DNA of 64,000 bases from Patescibacteria group bacterium. Its GTDB lineage: Bacteria > Patescibacteriota > Patescibacteriia > Buchananbacterales > SURF-54. This document shows, in pieces, positions 29,346 to 38,239 of this stretch. Location: positions 121,089-185,088 of the forward strand of contig JAHIRB010000007.1 in NCBI GenBank assembly GCA_018818885.1. Reading direction: 5' to 3'. Each line of letters opens with the position of its first letter. The stretch's first letter is position 1. A program made the translations under genes and the position numbers. The notes under the pieces are model-generated. The model worked only from the letters and a program-made list of their open reading frames with translations. It was not told the origin of the DNA and made no database searches.

Positions 29346-29405
29346 TATAATTAAATTATTTTATTAACTTAATAGATATTAACATACATTTTAAATAAAA
29401 ACAAT

Positions 29406-29430
29406 TCAGCCCCGCCAAGGCGGGGCTGAA
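29406..29430 (-). terminator. Rho-independent terminator downstream of the large surface-protein gene
   Basis: CAGCCCCGCC-AA-GGCGGGGCTG hairpin; on the minus strand it is followed by TTGTTTTTATTT. Confidence 0.6.
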
Positions 29431-29461
29431 TTTATTTCAACGAGTCTAACGAATTCAAGAA

Positions 29462-32400
29462 TTATGAGGTGATTGCAGCACTAGAAGTTGCTTGTAATTT
29501 ACCACCGTTTTTCTTAGGCAACAAGTATCCATTGGTCCATTGAAGGGTTCTGGATGCTGTTGTAGATGATAAATTTTGTGTGACTGTTAGGTCACCCCAG
29601 ATAAAGTCTGCTTCACCTGTGCTAGCCTCTAAACCAGCAGTGGCATCATCAAGCTGTAGCATTGCTGCTGAATTTGGAATAACATCTGCAGCAGCTCCGT
29701 CACCAAGTAATGACACGCTAATAGATCCGTCGCCAGCTGAACAACTCTTATTGTCGTCGTTAGAGCTTGAACAATCTACTGTAGCTCTAAGAGTAAATGT
29801 TGTTTCAGTACCAGCAGCAACTCTATAAGGGACTACATCGTCTCTATTTGAATCAGGAGCTGTTCCGTCATCAGTAAAGAGGAATGATGCTATACCTTGA
29901 CCGCTTAAGTCACTAGCACCTGAATTTGGATATAAATCCCAAGTGGTAGTAGCAGCTACTGTTTCAGTTCCATCATAGAGATAAGGAGAAGAAACTGTAG
30001 AAACGGATGTTGCGAACAAGAAGCTTAACTTGTACAAGGCAATGTCACCTGCACTATCAGCTCTTACTGTTAATTTGTACAAATCGGTAACAGCTTGTCC
30101 AGAAGGCATACTTCCAGCAATTCCTGTGGTTTGTTCGTCTTCTGGTGTGATTGTAGGCACACTCTTGTAGACATAGTAGGAATTGAATGTTGGTACTTGT
30201 CCAAGAGTTACATCAGTACCTGATTCAGCACCTTTTGCATTTACATCTCCAACAGCATTAATCTTTAGCTGGAATCCTTGGCCAGAACTTCCCTTTGATC
30301 CGTTCTTTGCATCAACGTTAGATGTGTCTACTTTAAAGGTGTAGTCAGTACTTACGCTGTGTGGAACTACCAATGGATTACTAGTCATTTCTAGTAATTG
30401 AGTTACATTGGTTCCATCAGTAGCAGATGGCGTTCTTTGTTTAACTAATGTACTTCCATCATACAAGTATAACGAATCAATTTGATCCCAACCGCCAGAA
30501 TTAACTGCAGCGGCAGTAACATAGATAGATTCTATGTTAATGTCTTCGTACATTGCATCTGCTGTCATAACACCTACAGTAATACCATCAGTATTTCTTG
30601 GTAGTAATCCTGATTTAGGATTTGCAGCAGCTTTAACTAGTTCTAAGGTTCCAACTGCTACAATTGTTTGTGCAGTACCATGGCTCTGGATATAAGTTGG
30701 AGTAACGGTATTTCCAGTTGATGCGCCAGTAGCACTAACTGCGCCGTCTGCAATACCCATTTGGAATATGTCATCAGCTGCAGCGGAAGAATCAACATTT
30801 GCCTTACCTGTTAAGGTAACTTGTGTTCCTTTTGTAACAACTAATGTTTCCGACAAAGTATGAGTGGAAGTTGCAGGATTGGCATTACCTGCTAAGCCAG
30901 AAGTAGCGTCACTAGTAATTTCTAACAAATCATCACCATTGTAAAGTTCAATGTTTGATAACAAGTTAGTAAAACCAGTTGTTGAATCTACACGAACACC
31001 AATTTGTGAGACTCTAATATCTTCTGAAGATGCAGAAGCATCTAAGACGATATTAACAAAAGTATGTCCCAAAGTTCCGGCTACAATGGTTTGAACAATT
31101 GGATCTGGTGTAATGCTTACAGTTAAAGTGCCTGCTTTTACAGTATTGATAACTGATGACTGAACAGTAGCAGGTGTAGCAGTAACGGAATCTCCACTGA
31201 CTTCACCAGTTGCTGTAATCTGAGCAGGTACAACTTGCACTTGTATAGTGTCATTAAGATCAATATCAGTATTTACATCACCTTTAACAGTGTAAATGTT
31301 TTCTCCTACTGGAACTGTAATAGTATCAGTAGTGGTAGCACTTGCGTGATATACAGTTGTTGATTCAACAGTTTCGGTAGTACCTAGATCTTGTGGTCCA
31401 GCTACAACATTACCATCTGGATCGTAAATAGTTAGATTGGTAATATCTGTAGTACTTGAACCACTACCAGCAGTAGCTTGGGTTAATTTCACAATCCAAC
31501 CAATTGCTGTGATTTCTATTGGTTCACCTTTGGCAGTAAGCTTAAATGAACCTAATGTTTCTTGAGTTGAACCTTCACCAATATTTATTGTGCCAGTAGC
31601 ACTTGGAGCAACTTTTAATGTTCCTTGGCCAATGGTGTGTGCAGTACCATTAATTACAGGAGATGCTGCATTAGCACCACTGCCTGCAGTTAATGTAACG
31701 TAAACTGAATGATCTGCATCCCAAACTAAAATATCAGTAAAGTTTTTGATGTGTAAGTCTATGGTTCGAGTTGTTCCACCTGCAGCATCACCTCTGGCCA
31801 TATAAGATCTATTTTGTCCAGAAGTAATTGTTGGTTCAGATCCTTCAGCAAATGAATGGAAAACCTCTTTATTATCCATAGCAGATGTTTGCAACACTGC
31901 ACCATTTTGATCAACTAAGTCTATATTTTCTACATCAGAATCACCTGCAGAACCGTTTTGTGTCCATTTAATCTGTTTAACCTTTAACCCTGATGGGTTT
32001 GTGCTACTAGAACTGGAATTAGTAATCTTAACTTCTGTGAAATTAACATTTTCTTTTCCAATTTCTGGTGCACTGTCAGTTGATGGATTAGATGGGCCAG
32101 TACCTAAAGTACCAGCAGCAATAGTAACAGTTGCATTTAAGTTCTGGTAGTTACCAGTAATTGGCAAGGTACCAATTAACGAAGCACCAGCTTTTAAGGT
32201 CATGGATGCTAATGTTAGTGATGGAACTTCTCCAGCATAGCTAGCCATAAGTGCAAGTGTTGTCATGTTACCTGTTAAAGCCAATCTTTTAGTAGAACCA
32301 GCAGTAACTGTTACATCATCGTTCAAGGTTGATTGATGAGTAGCATTCAAACTTTTGTTAAGTCCAATTTGCTGGTTTGTTGTTCTGTCGATAACAGCGA

Positions 32401-33166
32401 TAGATGCGAAAGCACCGTCTTGTGCAACAGCACCGGTTCTTTCTATTACCATTGAATCAATGGTGATATCGCCATCGCTGGAAGCAGTACAATCAACATA
32501 AGTGAATGGGAATCTAGCTGCACCTGCTAAGGCAAGGCCACTAGCTGGTGTGTCTGCAGCTAAAGAACATGTTAATGATGTTCCAGAGCCTGACATAGAT
32601 AAATTCTTATCATCATTTATGCTGGTAGCGGCTGCTTTTACAGCATCGACGTCAAAGGCTGAAGCAGCTCCAATATTATCACCTGTGCCATAGTTTCCAA
32701 CATTAGAAACTACTACAGGTATGATCATACTTTCCCAATTAGCACCATATAGTGCTTCTGCTATTTCGGCAGAACCAATTTTACGTAGATTTCCACCGGC
32801 ATCAACAGCGTAAACTGCTGAACTAAATACTACCCATGGTACGTCGTTTGTTACTGTTTGAACCAATTTAACACCTGGTTTTGCAGTAACGTTTCCACCG
32901 ATTGGATAACTGTCAATTTCAGCATCACTCAAGGTCATGACTGAATCAAAGTTATCATACCAAGTAAAAAATTCTCGGTCAGCTGGGAAAGTGTACAATT
33001 TACCATCAGCGCCTAAGTAGAATACAGCAGATAAACCTGCTTTCTTAACCACATCGCCTGATTCTGCAGCAACTACGCTGAGAGGCATTGCGAATAGGCC
33101 AATTGACCATATAATTGTGGTCAATACAACGCTAACAGTAAAGGCTTTCTTAATAAATTTCGACAT
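29462..33166 (-). CDS. Large secreted Thr/Ser/Gly/Ala-rich cell-surface protein (S-layer/adhesin-like), 1234 aa
   Basis: N-terminal signal peptide (MSKFIKKAFTVSVVLTTIIWSIGLFAMPLSVVAAES). Low-complexity beta-rich repeats and many N-x-S/T sequons. GC-richer codon usage, which follows from Ala/Gly/Thr content. Confidence 0.7.
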   Translation of the reverse strand: MSKFIKKAFTVSVVLTTIIWSIGLFAMPLSVVAAESGDVVKKAGLSAVFYLGADGKLYTFPADREFFTWYDNFDSVMTLSDAEIDSYPIGGNVTAKPGVKLVQTVTNDVPWVVFSSAVYAVDAGGNLRKIGSAEIAEALYGANWESMIIPVVVSNVGNYGTGDNIGAASAFDVDAVKAAATSINDDKNLSMSGSGTSLTCSLAADTPASGLALAGAARFPFTYVDCTASSDGDITIDSMVIERTGAVAQDGAFASIAVIDRTTNQQIGLNKSLNATHQSTLNDDVTVTAGSTKRLALTGNMTTLALMASYAGEVPSLTLASMTLKAGASLIGTLPITGNYQNLNATVTIAAGTLGTGPSNPSTDSAPEIGKENVNFTEVKITNSSSSSTNPSGLKVKQIKWTQNGSAGDSDVENIDLVDQNGAVLQTSAMDNKEVFHSFAEGSEPTITSGQNRSYMARGDAAGGTTRTIDLHIKNFTDILVWDADHSVYVTLTAGSGANAASPVINGTAHTIGQGTLKVAPSATGTINIGEGSTQETLGSFKLTAKGEPIEITAIGWIVKLTQATAGSGSSTTDITNLTIYDPDGNVVAGPQDLGTTETVESTTVYHASATTTDTITVPVGENIYTVKGDVNTDIDLNDTIQVQVVPAQITATGEVSGDSVTATPATVQSSVINTVKAGTLTVSITPDPIVQTIVAGTLGHTFVNIVLDASASSEDIRVSQIGVRVDSTTGFTNLLSNIELYNGDDLLEITSDATSGLAGNANPATSTHTLSETLVVTKGTQVTLTGKANVDSSAAADDIFQMGIADGAVSATGASTGNTVTPTYIQSHGTAQTIVAVGTLELVKAAANPKSGLLPRNTDGITVGVMTADAMYEDINIESIYVTAAAVNSGGWDQIDSLYLYDGSTLVKQRTPSATDGTNVTQLLEMTSNPLVVPHSVSTDYTFKVDTSNVDAKNGSKGSSGQGFQLKINAVGDVNAKGAESGTDVTLGQVPTFNSYYVYKSVPTITPEDEQTTGIAGSMPSGQAVTDLYKLTVRADSAGDIALYKLSFLFATSVSTVSSPYLYDGTETVAATTTWDLYPNSGASDLSGQGIASFLFTDDGTAPDSNRDDVVPYRVAAGTETTFTLRATVDCSSSNDDNKSCSAGDGSISVSLLGDGAAADVIPNSAAMLQLDDATAGLEASTGEADFIWGDLTVTQNLSSTTASRTLQWTNGYLLPKKNGGKLQATSSAAITS

Positions 33167-33383
33167 TTATTTTTGTTCCTTTCTATAACTCACCTAAGGT
33201 TTTTGGATTAGTTAGTTATTAATTGTTCATTAAGTAACTAAGTCCAAATCGTGGACAATCCAAGTTAATAATTCCTAATAGCGATTAGATCCCATATAAA
33301 TGGTTCGACCTTTTAACTAAAGCTTGTTAGGTAACTTAAACTCTAATTTACCCAAAAAGTTTTTTAGACGAGTGTTAATTAGC

Positions 33384-33455
33384 TTACGAATTACGAATCC
33401 GTTACAAATATTACAGTAATGATTCATAATATTCGTAATTAATTCGTAATTAATG
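33384..33455. repeat. TACGAAT / ATTCGTA inverted-repeat cluster, copy 2, in the 464-bp leader of the surface-protein gene
   Basis: CTTACGAATTACGAATCCGTTACAAATATTACAG ... ATTCGTAATTAATTCGTAATT. Confidence 0.45.
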
Positions 33456-33574
33456 TTTTGTAAATTAAAAAGCAATCACTCTTAATTCAAGAATTTCTAC
33501 AATAATTCGTTTAGTTGATAGACTCGTTTTGAGCTAAAATGCAAATTTTAGCTTTGTTTTTATTTTAAACAACA

Positions 33575-33607
33575 CTGATTTTGTGGTCAACCCTCATCTT
33601 CCACAAA
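33575..33607 (-). terminator. Terminator-like hairpin downstream of the anti-sigma gene
   Basis: TTTTGTGG-tcaaccctcatctt-CCACAAAA stem. Confidence 0.4.
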
Positions 33608-33630
33608 AGATAGGGCCAATGTGGATAAAA

Positions 33631-34779
33631 CTATTCAATAATATCCTCTGTTGTTTCTAGTAATGTTTCTTGCGTTGCATTAATTGTGCTGGTATTTGAT
33701 TGAATAGAAACTTGTTCAACTTTGTTTTCTACATTAAAATCTGAAACTTCCTCACTTTCTTCTGTGTTAGTATCATCATTTTCTTCTAAGTTTACATCTT
33801 CTTGATTTGATGTAGCTTCTTCTTCATCAATTGCTTGGTTTTGTTCTGTTATCAATTGCTCAACTAAAGTCTGGCCTTGAGCAATTTGCACTGCTGTTAA
33901 ATCAAATTCTCCATTGGCTAGTGAATTTTTAGCATCATCTAGTGCTTTTTGAGCTGCTTCTAGAATCTCGCCATCCTCTAATTCTTTTATTTTTTGTTCT
34001 AAATTATTAATTTTACTTTGTATTAATTCAATTACTTCTTCTTCCTCTTGAGTTTCACCCTGTGAATAATTATTTAAAGCAATCCTAAAAGCTGATTCTG
34101 ATGTATTTTCTGCTGTATTTACTGCATCATCCATGGCTTTTTCTACCTCTTTTTTAACATTATCGGGTAATTTATCCTTATTTTTATTTAATGTTTTAGC
34201 AAATTCTGTTGCTTGAGAATCTATTGCTCTAGCTAAAGAAAATACTGATTTCTTTTGTTGGTCTAGATTATTAATATGATCGTTTAAAGATTCTACGTCT
34301 GATTTGAATCTTTTTGTAATTTCTGAAATTGTATCTTTTTGTAAGTCTTCTGGTCTTAAAATTGCCATTTTATCTAGTTCGTCTACTCTGTTTTTAGCAA
34401 ATTCCATTCTTAGTTCTGCTTTTTTCTCGTTATCTCTTATAATTGAAACCTGGGTTTTTTCCATAGCAATTTTAAGGTCGTAAAGATTATCTCCAGGCAA
34501 ACTATAAAAGGCAGCATTAACTACTAAACTGGATCCTACAAATAAACCTAAAACCAACAATATTGCTACTGTTGGTTGAAAAACATGAAATTTAGCAGCT
34601 TGAGCAGTTGCAGAAAAGAACCCAAAAAATGAGGTTGCTGGCTGGTATGCACGCTGATCTTGAGAAATCTCAGATATTAAAATATCCCGGAAAGAATCCT
34701 TCCACTCCTTGCGGGGCTGTATTTGGTTCAATAATTTAATTTTATTGACCATTTTTTGATTGTGAGTTTTTTGACTCAT
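33631..34779 (-). CDS. Putative membrane-anchored anti-sigma factor (single TM, acidic coiled-coil ectodomain)
   Basis: Overlaps the ECF sigma gene by 38 bp. Cytoplasmic N-terminus, TM helix (VAILLVLGLFVGSSLVV), acidic coiled-coil C-terminus. Confidence 0.45.
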   Translation of the reverse strand: MSQKTHNQKMVNKIKLLNQIQPRKEWKDSFRDILISEISQDQRAYQPATSFFGFFSATAQAAKFHVFQPTVAILLVLGLFVGSSLVVNAAFYSLPGDNLYDLKIAMEKTQVSIIRDNEKKAELRMEFAKNRVDELDKMAILRPEDLQKDTISEITKRFKSDVESLNDHINNLDQQKKSVFSLARAIDSQATEFAKTLNKNKDKLPDNVKKEVEKAMDDAVNTAENTSESAFRIALNNYSQGETQEEEEVIELIQSKINNLEQKIKELEDGEILEAAQKALDDAKNSLANGEFDLTAVQIAQGQTLVEQLITEQNQAIDEEEATSNQEDVNLEENDDTNTEESEEVSDFNVENKVEQVSIQSNTSTINATQETLLETTEDIIE

Positions 34780-35371
34780 CGATAGTATCTTTTAGTACTT
34801 TTAGTGCTCTGTGAATTAGAACTCTGGTAGCACCATTAGATTTATCTAGTATTTTAGATATTTCTTTATTTGATAGTTCATCAACGAATTTCAGAATTAA
34901 TACTTCGCGAAATTCATCTTTTAATTTACGTAAATGTGCTTCAATGTTTTCAATTTCACTACTAATTGCCACTTTTTCTAGAAAACTTTGCTGTCTTGAA
35001 TCTTCTACTAATTTTAATGATTCTGTATCTGCTAAAATCTCTCTTTGACTGGTTCTGTAGTAATCTATCACTATATTTCGTGCTGATTGGTATAATAAGG
35101 CGTTGAGATTGGAAACTTCGCGTTTATCTGGCTCGTTCATGTATTGCCAGGTTTTCAAGAATACTTCTGCACATAGATCCTCAGCTGTTTCGTGGTTAGA
35201 AACCTTAAAAAAAATAAAGCGATATATTTTATCTACGTACAAATCGTAAATTTCCCCAAAGGCTTCGGAATCGCCGTTTTGAGCCCTTACAAGAAGTAAC
35301 TTTTGCTTAAATATAGATGCATTCATTGTATTAGACGAAGTATCGTTAATTTTGTTACAGAATAGGTTCAA
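34742..35371 (-). CDS. RNA polymerase sigma-70 family ECF sigma factor
   Basis: Region 2 (DLYVDKIYRFIFFKV...AEDLCAEVFLKTW) and region 4 HTH (LSNKEISKILDKSNGATRVLIHRALKVLK). Confidence 0.8.
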   Translation of the reverse strand: MNLFCNKINDTSSNTMNASIFKQKLLLVRAQNGDSEAFGEIYDLYVDKIYRFIFFKVSNHETAEDLCAEVFLKTWQYMNEPDKREVSNLNALLYQSARNIVIDYYRTSQREILADTESLKLVEDSRQQSFLEKVAISSEIENIEAHLRKLKDEFREVLILKFVDELSNKEISKILDKSNGATRVLIHRALKVLKDTIDESKNSQSKNGQ

Positions 35372-35623
35372 CTATAACAACTTTTTTAATTATTGTCAAT
35401 TTAATGGATAGTTTTGGATATTTTGAGTGTGATATTTCTTTTTTGAAGTTTCCCACTATTGATTGCTGTATTTTATTGAGTTATAATGAAGTTAGAACTT
35501 TTGTCTACGCTAGAGTGGACAAAAGTGAATATTTCGATAATTAACTGCGATACAGCGATAAGAGCGATAGAGTTATTATTCTATATTGCTTTATAACTAT
35601 ATCGCTTTATCGCCTCACTGACT

Positions 35624-35899
35624 ATGCCTAATAACAAAACAATTAGACTTTCTGTTACTGAAGCGGCTAGAATATTTGGTGTTGACCAAAAGACTATCAG
35701 AAGAGCAATAAAAAACCAAGATTTGCGCTATATTGTTGTTATGGGTAGATATAAGATTAATTTTGAAAGCTTACTAAAATGGTCACAGAAAAAACCTCAA
35801 ACAAAAAATAAGCTTGAAAATGATGGAATTGGTAAATATGTGGATAAATGGAAGATTAGAAGTACTCATTATAGCCCTAATCCTCCCAAAAAAGACTAA
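35624..35899 (+). CDS. Small helix-turn-helix DNA-binding protein (excisionase/MerR-like HTH_17)
   Basis: LSVTEAARIFGVDQKTIRRAIKNQDLRY HTH; 91 aa. Immediately upstream of the ncRNA-like region and the RT. Confidence 0.6.
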   Translation: MPNNKTIRLSVTEAARIFGVDQKTIRRAIKNQDLRYIVVMGRYKINFESLLKWSQKKPQTKNKLENDGIGKYVDKWKIRSTHYSPNPPKKD

Positions 35900-36284
35900 T
35901 CGCCGAAGGCTCTCCTCGCTCGACGCCAGCCTCGACGTCTAGCCGGGAAAGTTAAAGCGGGCGTCATCGCCGAGGCAGGCTAAATAACTAAATAAACTAA
36001 AATGACATCTTGTATGTTGTTTTTTGTTTGACTAAATGAATGTGAAGTTTTAAACTAATAATAAGCTGCTTTTATTGTCTTGCTTGATCTGCTTGTCTTA
36101 CAGGCAAGACCGGTCATCTGTGAACGGATGGCTGAATAAACGTAGGCGCTTGAGATGGCCTCGTATGTTTCCAGTTGATTGAAACCACTTAGTAAGCGCG
36201 TTAAACAACGAACGCACTCACAGAGCAGCCCGGGGGGAAACACATTCCCCCCATTTTTTTTGACCTTTAACAAGGAGGCAATCA
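35900..36284 (+). ncRNA. Candidate retron non-coding RNA (msr/msd) region
   Basis: 385 bp with no ORF on the plus strand, GC-richer than the genome, several stem-loops (CGACGCC/GGCGTC; GTCTT-acaggc-AAGAC; GGGGGGAA-acaca-TTCCCCCC plus T-run). Sits directly 5' of a retron-type RT on the same strand. Boundaries and a1/a2 repeats not resolved. Confidence 0.35.
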
Positions 36285-37316
36285 ATGCAGAAAAGCCGAA
36301 AGGATGCAGTGGAAATTCTAGCAAATCTTATGAGATTGCAATCAGATTTTATTTTTGATGCATTGAAAAATAGAAACTATCAACAAATTTTGATTCCTAA
36401 AAGATCTGGCGATGTAAGAAAATTGCACGCACCCGGTGAAGAGTTAAAACTTGTACAGGAAGTAATCCTACAATTTCTTTACCGATGGAAAGTCGATGCA
36501 CGTCAGTTTGGTTTCGTGTTAGGCGGTTCACCAATCAGGAATGCAAAATATCACATTAGAAATGAATTTTACGTTCCGCACTGGGTTCTAAAGCTTGATT
36601 TGGAAAACGCGTTTCCATCAGTTACTTCAACTGTTCTTAGGAAGGAGTACACCCGAGTATTTAACCCAGAAACATTCAAGGAGCTATCAGGAATAGACGA
36701 AAAACAATTTACTGCATTCATCCAACTGATGCTTGATTTAACAACTTACCGAGAGCGACTACCTCAAGGGTCGCCTTGTTCTCCCTACTTGTTGAATTTG
36801 GTATTAGTCTGGACAGGTGTAACAAAAGGTGTTTTGGAGTATTGTGAAAAAAAAGGACTACGTGCTTCCTTGTATGGTGATGATTTCACTATATCTGCCA
36901 AAACAAGTAACATGTGGTTTTCTAAGACATTCTTTAGAAAAATCAATTCAGCGGTTTCACGTAGTGGGTGTCTCAGACTAAATCACGACAAGACTCATCT
37001 AATATGCAGCAGAAACTCCGCGCCAATAATTACTGGCGTAAAAATTACCGAAAGCCACGACAATGGAGCAAAATTAACTCTCACCCAGAGCACACTAAAT
37101 CATTGGAGAGGAGTGATTCATCGAGTTACAGAAATTCTCTACTGGAATAATCGCCTACCAAGGCTGGAACAAGACGGCGTAACATTCAACCAAGCACTCG
37201 GTTATGTCAATTGGATTGAAGATGTCTATAGAGAAAGTGAGGTTCCGCTATCGGTTAGAAAACCAATTAAAAGTTTTAAAGTGCAATCATCAAGATTCGA
37301 TCGTAGGAGAGGTTAG
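36285..37316 (+). CDS. Retron-type reverse transcriptase
   Basis: RT motifs ILIPKRSGDVRKLHAP (1), LDLENAF (2), LPQGSPCSPYLLNLVL (QGxxxSP), LYGDDFTI (YxDD), LNHDKTHL. Retron hallmarks FGFVLGGSPIRNAKYH (NAxxH) and IITGVKI (xTG). AAGGAGG RBS at 36271-36277. No maturase or endonuclease domain. Confidence 0.8.
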   Translation: MQKSRKDAVEILANLMRLQSDFIFDALKNRNYQQILIPKRSGDVRKLHAPGEELKLVQEVILQFLYRWKVDARQFGFVLGGSPIRNAKYHIRNEFYVPHWVLKLDLENAFPSVTSTVLRKEYTRVFNPETFKELSGIDEKQFTAFIQLMLDLTTYRERLPQGSPCSPYLLNLVLVWTGVTKGVLEYCEKKGLRASLYGDDFTISAKTSNMWFSKTFFRKINSAVSRSGCLRLNHDKTHLICSRNSAPIITGVKITESHDNGAKLTLTQSTLNHWRGVIHRVTEILYWNNRLPRLEQDGVTFNQALGYVNWIEDVYRESEVPLSVRKPIKSFKVQSSRFDRRRG

Positions 37317-37398
37317 GATAAAAAAATCCAAAGCCTCTCCTTTTTCATATAAAAAACAGGGGCGGAAAATCCGTTTGGACTCCGTCCCTTTTTTTATA

Positions 37399-37932
37399 CT
37401 ACGCTGCCAACAACTTGACTGAGGGCATTTCACTTATCACGCTGAGTGTTTTTTGCACCTCCTCAGACTCAAGGGGTACTTCTACCCCAAAGCGTAATAT
37501 GTGTCTTCTTTTTCTCTGTGAATGAACGATTACTAAATTGACTTCTTGATCTTTGAATATATTGGCGATATCAGCCAATATTCCCGGCTTGTCTTCCACA
37601 ATCTCTACTGCGATTGAACACTCGGCTGAAAGATCGACCATGAGCTCGTTGAGGTTTTCGCAAAGCTCGAAGGCTTCAACAACCTGTTTGTGCCCCAGGT
37701 ATTCAACTCCGAAATTGAAGTACTCAATAAACTCGCTTTGATCCCCTGTTTTGATCATTCGCTCGATGATCTCTTTAAATCGCTGAGCTTCCTCTATGAG
37801 AATTTCGAGCATTTTGATACTGCCAGGATTTGCTGTTTGGATATCTGCGTAGAGCAAAGCGTCCTGGGCGGAAATCCTCCCGGTTGCAACATTCATTAGC
37901 CGATATATTGGATTTGAAAGCTTGTCGGCCAA
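37399..37932 (-). CDS. ACT-domain-containing protein (start uncertain)
   Basis: C-terminal ACT-like segment (AVEIVEDKPGILADIANIFKDQEVNLVIVHS). Overlaps the 3' end of the next minus-strand ORF, so one of the two start/stop calls is wrong. Confidence 0.45.
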   Translation of the reverse strand: MADKLSNPIYRLMNVATGRISAQDALLYADIQTANPGSIKMLEILIEEAQRFKEIIERMIKTGDQSEFIEYFNFGVEYLGHKQVVEAFELCENLNELMVDLSAECSIAVEIVEDKPGILADIANIFKDQEVNLVIVHSQRKRRHILRFGVEVPLESEEVQKTLSVISEMPSVKLLAA

Positions 37933-38233
37933 ACCAGGATCCCAACCATACTATCAGAATTATGGAAAAGCATATTATTGAAAATATGCCTACAAGTGAT
38001 GGTAGGTTGCTTGCCATACCAATGGATAGAAACAATATCCAAAGAAACACACACATGGCTGTTATGGCCGTTGCACCGAACCAGTAACTGTTCCAGTTAT
38101 CATCCAGCCTGTCTGAGGTATACCTGGAAAGTGGAATTTCTTCTTGCGCTGATTTCTTCGAATTACTTTTTTGCTTTCTCATCTCTATTGCTCCTTGTTT
38201 TTGAATTAGCGTTAAATCAATTACAGCTTTCAA
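37775..38233 (-). CDS. Hypothetical small membrane protein (2 TM); boundaries uncertain
   Basis: TM segments (ITAMCVFLWILFLSI, IFSIICFSIILIVWL). C-terminal third overlaps the ACT ORF in another frame. Confidence 0.3.
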   Translation of the reverse strand: MKAVIDLTLIQKQGAIEMRKQKSNSKKSAQEEIPLSRYTSDRLDDNWNSYWFGATAITAMCVFLWILFLSIGMASNLPSLVGIFSIICFSIILIVWLGSWFGRQAFKSNISANECCNREDFRPGRFALRRYPNSKSWQYQNARNSHRGSSAI

Positions 38234-38239
38234 TAACCA

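Noticed and set aside
36055-36324. Minus-strand 89-aa ORF overlapping the region upstream of the RT
   Set aside because: It overlaps the structured GC-rich candidate ncRNA and the RT start/RBS, has no start context or motifs, and shows Arg/Cys-rich composition typical of a GC-rich non-coding frame.
36285-37316. RT as a diversity-generating retroelement (DGR) or group II intron protein
   Set aside because: Motif 4 is QGSPCSP (DGR RTs carry I/LGxxxSQ). No TR/VR repeat pair was seen near the Thr-rich surface protein or elsewhere. There is no X/maturase or En domain, 343 aa is too short for a group II IEP, and no domain V-like RNA motif was noticed.
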